Source of the DNA: Candidatus Saccharimonadota bacterium
Lineage (GTDB): Bacteria > Bacillota_I > Bacilli_A > Mycoplasmatales > Hepatoplasmataceae
Assembly: GCA_027925225.1 (NCBI GenBank)
Contig: AP027131.1
Location: 1 to 32,000, forward strand
DNA length: 32,000 nt
Reading direction: 5' to 3'
Under the pieces are notes generated by a model, which was given only the letters and a program-made list of their open reading frames with translations, searched no databases and was not told where the DNA came from. The translations under genes were made by a program, and so were the position numbers. Positions 9,779-21,633 of the stretch are shown here, one piece after another. Position 1 is the stretch's first letter. Every line of letters starts with the position of its first letter.

Positions 9779-10583
9779 CAATATAAAAAAAATTAAAAGA
9801 TATAAAAATAAAAAAATTCAAAATAAAAAAAAAGACGGATGAGAAGGAATGAAGAAAAGAAGTTTTACAATAAAAAAAACATCTTTTTTGAATATTCCAT
9901 TTGATAAGCAATGAAATATTAAGGAAGATGAGTCTTATTTATACTATTTAAATACATCTTTTTTTATTTTAGAAAAGGATTTTTTAAATTTAGAAAAAAC
10001 AAATTTAAAAGAGTATAAAGGAGATAGTAAATATTGACCAGATTTTTCATTTATTAATAATAAGAATGAGAATCTGTCTTTTGAAATAAAAAATATAACT
10101 CCAGAGATACTTAAAAATTGTAGACACCAGTACTTTGAAAAATTAGGGATAAAAACAGAAAAAGATTTTAAAAAAAAATTTAAATCTATTAACATTTACG
10201 ATAAAGATTTTAAAAAATGTTATTTAAATTCTTATGAAAAACAAAAAAAACAATATGAAAAAGATTATGTAAATAAAAAAATTTCCAAATTATTAAAAAA
10301 AGTGACTAAAAAAATTAATTTAGAAACAGGATATAGCGAAAATAAAGAAAATATTAAAAATTTTAAAAAATACAATAAAAACTATTTAGGTTTTGTTTTT
10401 ACAAATTTTAATTTATTTGATGAAAAATATTTTAAAGAAAAATTAATTTCTATAAATTTAAAATTATTTGAAATTCAAAAAAAATTATTAAATAAATATG
10501 ATGGAATTATTTTATTAGTTTTTAATCTAAAAAAAACAAAAAATTATGAAAATTTAATTTTTATTATTAAAGGAGAAAAGTAA
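9771..10583 (+). CDS. Hypothetical Lys-rich protein (270 aa). Only its last 93 codons appear in the standard-code track.
   Basis: Continuous table-4 frame with three TGA-Trp codons. The ATG at 9771 overlaps the pth stop (ATGAATAA). Alternative ATG at 9849. I recognise no family motif. Confidence 0.5.
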
Positions 10584-10648
10584 AGAATAAATATAAAATT
10601 AATATATTTTTATTTAATTTTTTTTAAAATATAATTAAAAAAATTAAA

Positions 10649-11554
10649 ATGTTTAACAATAAAAAAACAATAGTAGTAGGTGTATCTGGAGGGTCTGATT
10701 CGATGGCCCTTTTAGATATATTACAAAAAAAAGATAAATATAAAATAATTGCAAATCATATTAATTATCATTTTAGAACTGATTCTAATTATGATGAAGA
10801 AGTTGTAAAAGATTACTGCAATAAAAATGATATAAAATTAGAAATTCTTAGTGTAAATGATGAACTCTATCAAAATTATAATTATTTAAAAAACAAACAA
10901 TCAATTGCAAGAGAAATAAGATATGATTTTTATTTAAGAAATGCTGATAAATATCAAGCTTCATCACTTTATTTAGCACATCATAAAGATGATTTTATAG
11001 AAACTGCAATTATGCAAGAAAGCAGATCAAATTCTTTATTTTTTTATGGAATTTCAGAAAAAAGCTATTATAAAGGTTTAAAAATAAAAAGACCATTAAT
11101 TAATAAATATAAAGAAGAACTTATTGCTTATTGTAGTAATAATAATATAACATTTGCTATTGATAGTACTAATTCTCAACCAATATACGAAAGAAATAGA
11201 ATAAGGATAGAACTTTCAAAGAGAACAAAAATTCAAAAAGAAAAGATTTATGATTACTATAAAAAAATAAATGATTCAAATGAAATTAAAAGAAAAAAAA
11301 TAGAGAATTTATTTCAAACATGAGAAAAAAAGATTTATAATTACACTTTCTTATTAAAGCAAAAAGAAGAATTAAGAAAACATCTTTTATATAGGTTTTT
11401 AATTAATAATGATTATTTTATTAAAATTAGTACTAATAAACTAGAAGGTCTTGATGATTTTTTAATAAAAGGTTCTAAAGACAAGTCTTATAGACTGACA
11501 GAAAATTTATATTTAACAATTGAAAATGATGTTTTGGTAATAAAGGAAAAATAG
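10649..11554 (+). CDS. tilS: tRNA(Ile)-lysidine synthetase TilS (301 aa).
   Basis: PP-loop VGVSGGSDSMAL. One TGA read-through. The stop TAG directly abuts the hpt ATG. Confidence 0.88.
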
Positions 11555-12076
11555 ATGAAAAAGCTAAAAACAAGGCAGCTAAAAGGGAAAAATGAAATAA
11601 AAATTAAATTAAGAAAACTAGCTTATCAAATAAACAGAGATTTTAAAAATGAAAAAGAACTTCTTTTTATAGTTGTAATGAAGGGTGGAATGTTTTTTGC
11701 TTCTGATTTACTTAAATTAATAAAAATAGATTTAGAAATAGATTTTATTTTTTCTAAATCATATGAAAAAGAAAGTAAAATAGGTAAACCAATCATTAAT
11801 TATTTAAATACAATAGATCCAAATAATAAGCAAGTAATTATAATAGATGATTTAATTGATACAGGTGAAACATTAACTAATATTATTAATTTAATAAAAG
11901 AGAAAAATCCTAAAGGAATTTCAGTAGCTACAATTTTTGGAAATGAAAAATGAAGTCAACCAGAAATTAAAAAATATTATCTTTTTAAAACTAAAAAAGA
12001 TTATTTTGTAATTGGTTATGGTTTAGATTATGAAGAAAAATTGAGAAATCTTTCTCATATTTCAATTGTAAAATAG
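11555..12076 (+). CDS. hpt: Hypoxanthine(-guanine) phosphoribosyltransferase.
   Basis: PRPP motif VIIIDDLIDTGETL and C-terminal FVIGYGLDYEEKLRNL. The tilS-hpt-ftsH order is conserved in Firmicutes and Mollicutes. Confidence 0.9.
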
Positions 12077-12111
12077 TTAAAATATGTATAATTACTATTA
12101 TTATAAAAAAA

Positions 12112-14310
12112 ATGGAAATCTTAGAGCAAAAAGAAAACAGAGTTTTTTTAAAGGGACAAAACCCCAATTCTCCTAATAATACTTCTAATAAAGAAAGCAA
12201 TCAAGAAAAAAAAGAAATAAACTCTCCTTCAAAAGAAGATAACAAGGATAGCTCTTTTAATTCTAAAAATCCTTCAAATAACAATGAAGCAAAAACACCA
12301 GAAAGTAAAACTTCTGAGCAAAAAGCTGCAACTGATAATACTACCGTAAAACCCACTCCTCAACAAGGTAAACCTAATTCTAATAACCCAAATCAAAAAC
12401 CACCACAAATGCCACCACAAAAACTTCCAAAGAAAAAGACTTCAACACTTGCAAAAATTCTTTGAATAATAGTTATTGTTTTATTAATTTTTCTTATTTT
12501 TGCAATTATTTTTGGTGTAAGAACAGAATATGTTTATTATGATGAATTCTTTAATAATTTAACTTTAGCAACAAATAATGCAACACCAAATGATCCTGTT
12601 TACCTTAATTGAAATATTAATGATGGAGGATATGTGACTGCATCATTTATTTATGATGATATTCAATACGTCACTTATTTTGATGATATACAGCAGGCCA
12701 TTGATTTATCTAATCAATATTTATCTAACTTTGATGTTTTAATAAGTTCTGGTTTATTAGAAGTAGTTCCTCAAAATCCTGAACCTTCATTTTTTGCATA
12801 TCTAATACTTTCATGATTACCTTGATTATTCTTCTTTGTTCTTGCTTGAGTAATTATAAAAATGGTTGTTGATAAACAACAATCAGCAGGAAAAATTCAG
12901 AAAAAATCGCTTACTCCACAAATTTCAACAGTTACATTTAAAGATGTTGAAGGTTATTCGGAAATTAAACAAGAATTATCTGAAATTGTAGATTTTATGA
13001 GAAATTCTGCAAAATATAGTGCAGCAGGGGCAAGAGTGCCTAAAGGTGTTCTTTTATCTGGCCCTCCAGGAACAGGTAAAACATTATTTGCTAAAGCAAT
13101 AGCAGGAGAATCAAAAATTCCTTTCTATTCTATTTCAGGTTCGGATTTTGTTGAAATGTTTGTAGGTGTTGGTGCGTCAAGAGTTAGATCATTATTTGAT
13201 CAAGCAAAAAAAACTGCTCCTTCATTAATATTTATTGATGAATTAGATGCTGTAGGTAGAGTAAGAGGAGCTGGCTCTGGTGGTGGAAACGACGAAAGAG
13301 AACAAACATTAAATCAAATGCTTGTTGAAATGGATGGATTCACTTCAAATACTGGAATAGTAATAATAGCTGCGACAAATAGACCAGATATTTTAGACCC
13401 CGCTTTAAAAAGACCAGGTAGATTTGATAGATCTATTGATATAAGACTTCCTGATATTAATGAAAGAGAAGCAATATTAAAACTTCATGCAAGAAAAGGA
13501 AATAAAAAATTTGCATCTGATATTAATTGAAGAAACATAGCAAGTAGAACACCAGGATTTTCAGGTGCTGAACTTGAAAATGTAATAAATGAATCAGCAA
13601 TACTTTCAGTAAGACTTAATATACCAGTTATTACATTAGATATTATTGATGAATCAATAGATCGTGTAATCGGAGGACCTGCAAAAGTAAATAATGCAAT
13701 GTCTAGAGAAGAAAAAGAACTAATAGCACATCATGAGGCTGGACATGCTTTAATAGGACTTAAATTAGAACATGCTGAGAAAGTTCAAAAAATATCAATT
13801 GTTCCTAGAGGGCAAGCTGGTGGATATGTATTAATGACTCCTAAAAAAGAAAAAATTGTACAAACAAAAGCTGAATTAATTGCAAAAATTATTTCCTATA
13901 TGGGAGGAAGAGCATCAGAAGAAATTTTCTTTGGAAAAGAAAATGTAACAACAGGTGCATATTCTGATATTCAAGAAGCAACTATTATTGCAAGAAGAAT
14001 GATTGCTGAATTTGGTATGTCTGAAAAATTAGGACCAGTACAATATGACAAACCAGAAGGAATGTATTATTTAAGAAGTTCAATTGATAGAACTCATTCA
14101 GAAAAAGTTGCTTATGAAATTGACCTTGAAGTGAAAACTTTAATAGAAACTTCATATAAAAATGCTCACACTATAATAAACAATAATAAATCTATGATTA
14201 AATTATTTGCAAAAGCTCTTTTAATAAAAGAAGTTTTAAATAAAGAAGAAATAGATTATATTTATAAACATAAAAAATTAACTGAACAAATGCAAGAAAT
14301 GGAAAAATAA
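12112..14310 (+). CDS. ftsH: ATP-dependent zinc metalloprotease FtsH (732 aa) with a low-complexity N-terminal extension of about 116 aa. Fuses four track ORFs.
   Basis: [51 protein letters not shown], and zinc site HEAGHAL. All segments are in frame 1 and joined by TGA. Confidence 0.96.
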
Positions 14311-14325
14311 AAAATTAAATAGTTT

Positions 14326-14357
14326 AAAAAAATCTTCCTTAAAGGAAGATTTTTTTT
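14326..14357 (+). terminator. Rho-independent terminator after ftsH.
   Basis: A-run, then ATCTTCC, loop TTAAA, GGAAGAT, then T7. The perfect stem is flanked by A7 and T7, so it could work in both directions. Confidence 0.8.
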
Positions 14358-14451
14358 ATAAATAAAATTATATTTTTAATTATTTATAATTAGTTTAATG
14401 TGAATTTTAATAATATGAATAATAATAATAATTTTATCCATAATTTCAATT

Positions 14452-17400
14452 ATGGCATTTCTACTTTTTATAATTAAATTTAAAAAAAATGCTTTAATTT
14501 ATAAATCAATATTTACTTCTTTATTTAAAAGTGTTACTTCAGTTATTATAATAATTGTTTTTTATTCAGTTACTTTTTCTCTTATAGGAACATTTTATTC
14601 TTATTCAGAACAAATAGAAGAATCTCTTTATCCTTTAATTATTGATTCTAAACCCAACCAAGTAAATTATGCTGGAATTACATTAAACAGTTTAGAAGAT
14701 GATAATGATAATTATAATAATTTATTTGAGTTTTCAATAAGTAGATTAAATTCTGATTTTGATATAGGTGATGTAATTTTAGAAACAGATGAAGATCTGA
14801 TAAATGAATATGATTTATTTTTTGAAAGTGAATATTCTATATCAAATTTTTGAGGAAATTATGGTTCTCTTTATTTTCAAAATATTGAAAATTTTATAGC
14901 TTCATTAGTTTTTGAAACTACTTTTTCTAATTTTAATGACGGGTTAATAGATGATGAAATAGATGATAATGGCTCAAATTATGAAATAGTTTATAATTTT
15001 TTCCCGCATTACATATATCAACCTGTTGTATCCGACTCTTATAATGAAATATATTTTTTAATGGGTTATAATCAATTTCAAACAAAATGATCACCACTCT
15101 TTAGATATAGTGGGAAAAATAATAATTATGTAATTGATAACATAATAATTACAGAATATGCGCCAGGTTATGATGATGAAACAATAGAAAATGAATTAAC
15201 ACAAGTAGGAGATTCATATGATGAAAATGGCACTAAAAATTCTCCATTCAAAATTATTATTCAAGAGGAATATCTTGATGCAAATGATATTGATTTATCA
15301 AAAGAAGGAGAAAATATTTTAAAAATAAATGATTATTATTTTGAAATAATGGCTTCAGCTTGTTTTTCAAATGTAATTGCTCCGGTTTATTCTTCAACTA
15401 ATTTTATTACAGATTTTTCTAGTCAATCTACCTTTTTAATGAATCCTGAATCACTTGTTAAAATAACAAATGGTAAATTAGAATATTCATTTGACTTTGG
15501 ATTTACAGATTTTTATGATAAAGCTGACAATATTTATTATTATCGTGACATGGGATTAGATGAAGATAATCATTCTGAAATATATGATAGAACATATGAA
15601 TTAGAAGATTATATTTATGATTCAACAAAAACAAATAATATCCCAATAGTATCTGATAGATCAATTAATTTAGATGATGTTGGAATGATAACTGGCGAAA
15701 ATTATTCTTTAAATTCATATAGAACAAATGGAGTACTGGATGAACTTAATAATGAAACAATATTTGCTAATGTATTTATGTACATTTTTTTAATAATAAT
15801 AGTTTTTGTGCTTATTCTTTTAATTCAAAAAAGAGTTAAAGATTATAGTAAACAATTTGGAACATTAAAAGCATTGGGTCTTAATAGGCATGAAGCTTCA
15901 GTGTCTTTTATTATGTATCCGCTTGTAATAATTTTGGTTGCTGGATTTATTGCGCTGTTACTTTCAATACCGCTTCAAATGTACACGCTTGGTTTGTTTC
16001 ATAGTTTTTTTTCATTGCCTGGATTAACATTTGGTTTTTCATTTTGAAGTGTCTTTTATGTGGTATTTTTGCCTGCATTGATTTTATTTGGAATAGCAGT
16101 AATAATTTCTAATTATATTTTAAGAAAATCACCAATTGATCTATTATCAAATAAAATAAATGATGATCCAAGTGCTATTGTTGTTTATTCGGGAAAATTA
16201 GTTCCTAAAAATGCATCATTTTCTTATGCTTATAAATTTAAGGGTCTTTCCCGAGCTTGGGGTAAATCATTGCTTTTACTTTTTGCTGTTTTTATAGCAA
16301 CAGCACTTACTTCTCTTTCTTTTGCAGCAAGAAATATAATTACAAATACGCAAGAACTTGCAGCTGAGGGATTTAATTTTGAATATTATTCTTCTATTAA
16401 TGAGACAAAATATGAATATGATTTTTATGATTTAAATGAACAAGAAGGTGATTATAAATCTAATCAAGATCCACTTTATAATGATGAATTACTTACTTTT
16501 AATGAGATTAATCAGATTGAAAGTGATATTTCAAGTAATCCCGACATAGTTTATCAAGATTTAGGCGAAGTTATTTTAAATCCAATAAATGGAACAAATG
16601 GCATAGAAACTGAAGTTGTTTCAAATAATGTAGTTAATTATTATATTCCAAAAGAAGCTTTATTAAATTTTTGTATTGTAATTGATTTATTTGAAGAATC
16701 CAATTATTATTCTTTATTAACAACACCATGAGAAGGAAGCGAGTATTCAGCTATTGATTTTTTAAATATTAGCAATCTATTTTCAATTAATATAGATTTA
16801 AGTTTAAATAAAATGGGAAGCGAATTAACATTTGATGATGTTCTTAATGAAATTATAAACGGTGCTGATGTAAGTTCTTATTTGGATTATGCCCCAGATA
16901 TTGTGTTTAAAGACATTTACTATGATTCTTTAAATCAAGCATTAGCAACTGGAGGCAATGTTAAATTTGAGTATATAGATGAAGAAGATAGTGAAAACAG
17001 ATTTAATATTGATTACGATAGTGTAAGATTAAATATTTTTAAATATTCTGATTCAATAAATAAGGTTTATGAATTACCACAAGAGTCATATCAAAAATTG
17101 GTAGAACAAGAAGATTTGGTTGATCAATATGGAGAATTAGATTATATTCCTGTGGTTGTTGATAGCTTTACATTTAATTATTTAAGAGTTCTTGCTCCAG
17201 GTATATTTACTTATGATGAATCAGATCAAAGTTATAACACTGATGAATTATTTTTAACAGATAAAGATAATGAAATTTATAGAGAACCAATTTCAGTAAA
17301 AGTTTTTCCTTATCAATCTAATCTTGCAGTTGGATTTACAACAACAGAAAAATTAATTCAAAATTATTCTGGCTGAAATTTTCTAACTAATATGAATAAA

Positions 17401-18030
17401 ATTTATTATCAAAATATTTATTGAACTAGTTATTTAACGCCAACGCAAGAAGAAACATTCAAACCACCTCAAACTTTGACAATTGTTCCAATTAATCAAT
17501 ATGCAAGTGAAAACAATGGTGAAACCTTAACCTTTGAAGAGTATATTGATAATTCAAAATCATTAGAGACTGCACCTCTTTCAAAAAAATCAATTTCGAA
17601 TCAAACTGACTTTCTTTATGAACTTGTTAATGGATTTTTATTGTTACTTTCTCTTTTTTCATTAATGGTTGCACTTATACTTACAGTAATTGCAATAAAA
17701 GATGTAAATGATAAATCAAAAAAAGAAGTTGCTATGTTAAAAGCAATTGGTTATTCAAATTGAAAATCAACTTCTCTTGTTCTTACTCCTTATATAATAA
17801 TAATAATAATTGGATTTATATTATCTATTCCTTTTGCATTTTTAATGTTATTTGGAATTTCAAATGTTTTAAATAATTTAACGGGAACAAGTTTTACTTT
17901 TGCTGTTAATTCTATACAATGGATTTATATTACAATTTTTATAGTTGGCCTACTTCTTATTTTATTAATGATGGCTTACAATGCTTTCAGGAAAACAAAT
18001 CCATTAGATGCAATCAAAGAGGAAAATTAA
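14452..18030 (+). CDS. Giant ABC transporter permease with two FtsX-type TM modules and two large extracytoplasmic domains (1192 aa). Fuses six track ORFs.
   Basis: All six fragments are in frame 1 and separated only by TGA. FtsX-like blocks KALGLNRHEASVSFIMYPLVIILVAGFI and MLKAIGYSNWKSTSLVLTPYIIIIIIGF. Alternative in-frame ATG at 14398. Confidence 0.85.
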
Positions 18031-18031
18031 T

Positions 18032-19186
18032 ATGAGTAAAAAAAATGAAAAAACTTTAGATAAAGAGAAGAAAAAGTTAATTAAAAATGAAAAAAACGCA
18101 TCTAAAAAAAACAAAAAAGTTCTTAAAAAAGAAAAAGCTAATTTAAAAAAAGAAGAAAAAAAAACAGAAAAAAAAAATGATAAATTAATTAAAAAACAAA
18201 AAAGAGCATCAAGAAATGATTCAGAATTACTTAATTCTTATTCTAAAGAAGAATTAAGTAATTCATTTACAAAAGCATTAAGTGAAAAACACTTTTTAAC
18301 TCATAAAAGTAAAGTAAGATTTATCAAAAAATATAGAAAATATTTAATAAATCAAAAAAAGAAAATTTTTAAAGGAGAAATAAAAAGATCGGCAAATCCA
18401 ATAGAAAAAAAGGAACTAAGAAAAAAATATAAAAACAGTTTAATTTATGGTAAAACACAAAACAGTAAAGATAATATAATTGATTTAATAAATATAAATA
18501 AGTTATATACTTCAAAAGAAACTTATGAACATGTTTTAAGAGATATAAACCTTGTAATCAAAAAGGGAGAAATAGTAATAATATTAGGTGCTTCAGGTTC
18601 AGGTAAAACAACACTTTTAAATGTTCTTTCAGGGCTTACAGATGCAACATCAGGTGATGTTATTGTAAATAACACAAATTTATTCTATCTTTCCGAAAGC
18701 AAAAAAACAAAGTTTAGAGCTGACAATTTGTCTTTTGTTTTTCAATCTTATAATTTAATTCCAACTCTTACTGTATCTGAAAATGTAAAAGTGGGTTACA
18801 ACTTAAGAAGACAAAACAAAGAAGGAAAAAATGTAAAAGAAATCCTAAAAATTTTAGGAATTGAAAAACAAGCGAATAAATATCCTTTTCAATTATCAGG
18901 AGGACAAAACCAAAGAGTTTCAATTGGGAGAGCGCTTGCAAAAAATCCAGAAATACTTTTTGCCGATGAGCCTACTGGAGCATTAGATGAATTTCATGGG
19001 AAAGAAGCATTAAAATTATTATTAGAAATTAACAAAAAATATGGTACAACTTTAATTATTGTTACTCATAATCCTAATTTTTCAGTTGTTGCTGATAGAG
19101 TAATAAGAGTTGTAGATGGAGAGGTTTTAAAAATTGATAGACATGGAAGCAAAACAACAAATGTTGACTCAATCAAATGAGTTTAA
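18032..19186 (+). CDS. ABC transporter ATP-binding protein (MacB/LolD-like NBD) with a Lys-rich N-terminal extension of about 165 aa.
   Basis: Walker A GASGSGKTTLLN, signature LSGGQNQRVSIGRAL, Walker B ILFADEPTGALD. ATG 18032 follows AGAGGAAAA. A terminal TGA read-through adds W-V. Confidence 0.9.
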
Positions 19187-19193
19187 TACAGGA

Positions 19194-20675
19194 ATGAATG
19201 ATCAAGAAAAAAATAGATTAGAAAAATTAAATTCTTTAATTAGAATGGGAGAAAATCCTAATTTTTCTTCTTTCAAAGAAAACACTAATATAAAAAATTT
19301 AAACTTACTTTATTCAGAAAAAAATAGGGAAGATTTAGAAAAAATTGCAAGCAATTTAAATTATTCTATTTTTGGTAGAGTAATGATTATAAGAAATCAA
19401 GGAAAATCATTATTTATTATTATTAAAAGATTTACTGATAATTTACAACTTTATTTAAATGAAAAGAATTTTTCAATAGAAAATTGAAAAATTCTTTCTT
19501 ATTTAGATATAGGAGATCAAATTGGAGTTACTGGAAATATAATGAAAACACATACAGGAGAATTAACTTTAAAAGTTAAGAAATTAAAAATTCTCACAAA
19601 ATCACTTAAACCACTTCCAGAAAAATTTCATGGTTTACAAAATATAGAAGAAAGATATCGTAAAAGATATTTAGATTTAATAATGAATGATAATGTAAAA
19701 GAAATTTTTATAAAAAGATCAAAAATTATAAATGAAATAAGATTTTTATTAAATAATAAGGGTTATGTAGAATTTGAAACTCCAATTCTACAAGAACAAG
19801 TTACAGGCGCAGCCGCTAAACCTTTTACTACTCATCACAATGTTTTAAAAAGAGACTTTAATCTTCGGATAGCTACAGAAATTCCACTTAAAAAGATAAT
19901 TGTGGGAGGCTTTGATAAAGCTTATGAAATTGGAAGAATTTTTAGAAATGAAGGAATTTCTATAAAACATAATCCAGAGTTTACTTCACTTGAACTTTAT
20001 GAAGCATTAGGTGATATAAATTCTATGATAAATATTACAGAAGAAATAATTGAAACAGTTTCTTTAAAAGTAAATGGGAAAACAGATATTACTTATCAAA
20101 ATGAAAAAATTTCTTTAAAAAAACCATTTAAAAAAATTGAAATGATTGATTTAATAAAAGAAATTACTTCTGTAGATTTTAGAAAAATAAAGACTTTTCC
20201 CGAAGCTAAAAAAATTGCAAAAGAATACGCAGTTGAATTAAAACCATTTCATGATAAAATGGGGTATGTAATAAATGAATTTTTTGAACAAAAATGTGAA
20301 TCTTTATTAAAAAACCCAACTTTTGTTACAGGTTATCCCGTAGAAGTTTCTCCATTAGCTAGAAGAAGAGAAGAAGATTTAAATTTAACTGATAGATTTG
20401 AATTATTTATCTTAGGAAGAGAATATGCAAATGCTTTTTCAGAACTTACTGATGTAAGAGATCAATATGATAGATTTTTAGAGCAAGAAAAAGAAGCAAA
20501 AAAAGGAAATGATGAAGCAACAGAAATGGACCATAGTTTTATAGATGCACTTAGTTATGGTCTTCCTCCTACAGGAGGAATGGGACTTGGGATTGATAGA
20601 TTGGTTATGCTTCTTACAGATTCATCATCTATAAGAGATGTAATTCTTTTTCCTCATCAGCGTGAAAAAAAATAA
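19194..20675 (+). CDS. lysS: Lysyl-tRNA synthetase, class II.
   Basis: MNDQEKNRLEKLNSL N-terminus, FRNEGISIKHNPEFTSLE (motif 2 region), and GGMGLGIDRLVMLLT (motif 3). One TGA read-through. Start chosen after the ABC ATPase stop. Confidence 0.93.
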
Positions 20676-20678
20676 AAC

Positions 20679-21551
20679 ATGAAACAAAATTATTTATATA
20701 AAACAAAAATAAATTATTTAGATACACAAAAAGCAATGTCAATGATAGAAGAAGAAATTCTTGACATTTTAAAGAATAAATTAAATGTTCTTAAAATAAG
20801 AACCCCTAAATATTTTAATGAGTTAGATTTTGGTCTTGAAAGAAGCGAATATAAAAATTCAAGAAATATAAATTTTGATTCTATTTCTGATTATAAAATA
20901 TATAAACTTTATAACGATTATAGTGATTGATTTTATAATAAATTGATTAATTTAAATATAAAAAATAATAATGGTATTTTTTCGCAGTGTAATTATATTG
21001 TTCGAGATGAGCATGAATTTGGTTTAAAAACTTTTGAAAGAAATGAAATAATAATATATTTTAAATATGAAAATATTGAATTAGCAAAAAATAAAATTCT
21101 TGAATTACTTTTATTATTTTTTGATGAATTTAGAAATTTAAAAATAAAACTTAATCAAACATTTAAAGAATTAGAAGATGTTTATCCAAAATTTGTAAAA
21201 ATTTTGGATTTAAACAAAGAGGAAAAAGTTAAATTGAAAAAAAATTCAATAGAAGATATTAAAAGTTATTATTTGCAAAGAAATATGTGAAATATATTTA
21301 CATATGATTTATCAGAAAAAAATAAAAGATATTCTTTAAGTATTTATATAGATAAACTAAAAAAAGTTGCGAACATAATAGAAGCAAGGTATTTTGAAGA
21401 TTTAGATGTAAATTATTTTAAAATAAATATGAATTTAGATCTTATTTATATGACTTTTCTTGAAAAATTATTTATTTATGAAATTCAAGAAAATATTAAT
21501 AATGCTAATATTCAAAAAATATTAGCAGAAAATAAAATAAATAATATTTAA
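20679..21551 (+). CDS. Hypothetical protein of 290 aa with weak collinear resemblance to aspartate-ammonia ligase AsnA (class II aaRS-like fold). Catalytic motifs are not conserved.
   Basis: Blocks NKLNVLKIRTPKY, YSDWFYNKL and GIFSQCNYIVRDEHE line up with my recollection of E. coli AsnA RLGLIEVQAPIL, LAKWKRQTL and GLYTHMKALRPDEDR. There is no GGGIGQSR-like block. Two TGA read-throughs. Confidence 0.4.
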
Positions 21552-21585
21552 TTTTCTTTGTTAAAATTAGATTGGTTAATATCCT

Positions 21586-21612
21586 TGCTCTTTTTTCTTA
21601 ATAAGGAGAGCA
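21586..21612 (+). promoter_or_regulatory. Stem-loop in the rpsF 5' leader that pairs an upstream AAGGAG copy. Possible S6/S18 autoregulatory leader.
   Basis: TGCTCTTTTT / loop TCTTAAT / AAGGAGAGCA gives 10 bp including 2 G-U pairs. The real RBS AAAAGGAG lies 9 nt downstream at 21621-21628. Confidence 0.35.
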
Positions 21613-21633
21613 GTTATACCAAAAGGAGTATGT

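Noticed and set aside
9633-10195. Two minus-strand ORFs (9633-9911 and 9944-10195).
   Set aside because: They lie antisense to pth and to the table-4 ORF 9771-10583. Their Phe/Leu/Ile-rich products are typical of reverse-complemented Lys/Asn/Glu-rich coding sequence.
11991-12200. Minus-strand 69-aa ORF spanning the hpt/ftsH junction.
   Set aside because: It overlaps the well-supported hpt 3' end and ftsH 5' end on the opposite strand. It has no motif and is a compositional artefact.
18008-19194. Track starts giving long overlaps: the ABC ATPase at 18008 inside the permease, and lysS at 19134 inside the ATPase.
   Set aside because: Downstream in-frame ATGs (18032 and 19194) fall just after the preceding stop codons and match the expected N-termini (LysRS MNDQEKNRLEKL...). 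The long overlaps are artefacts of taking the longest ORF.
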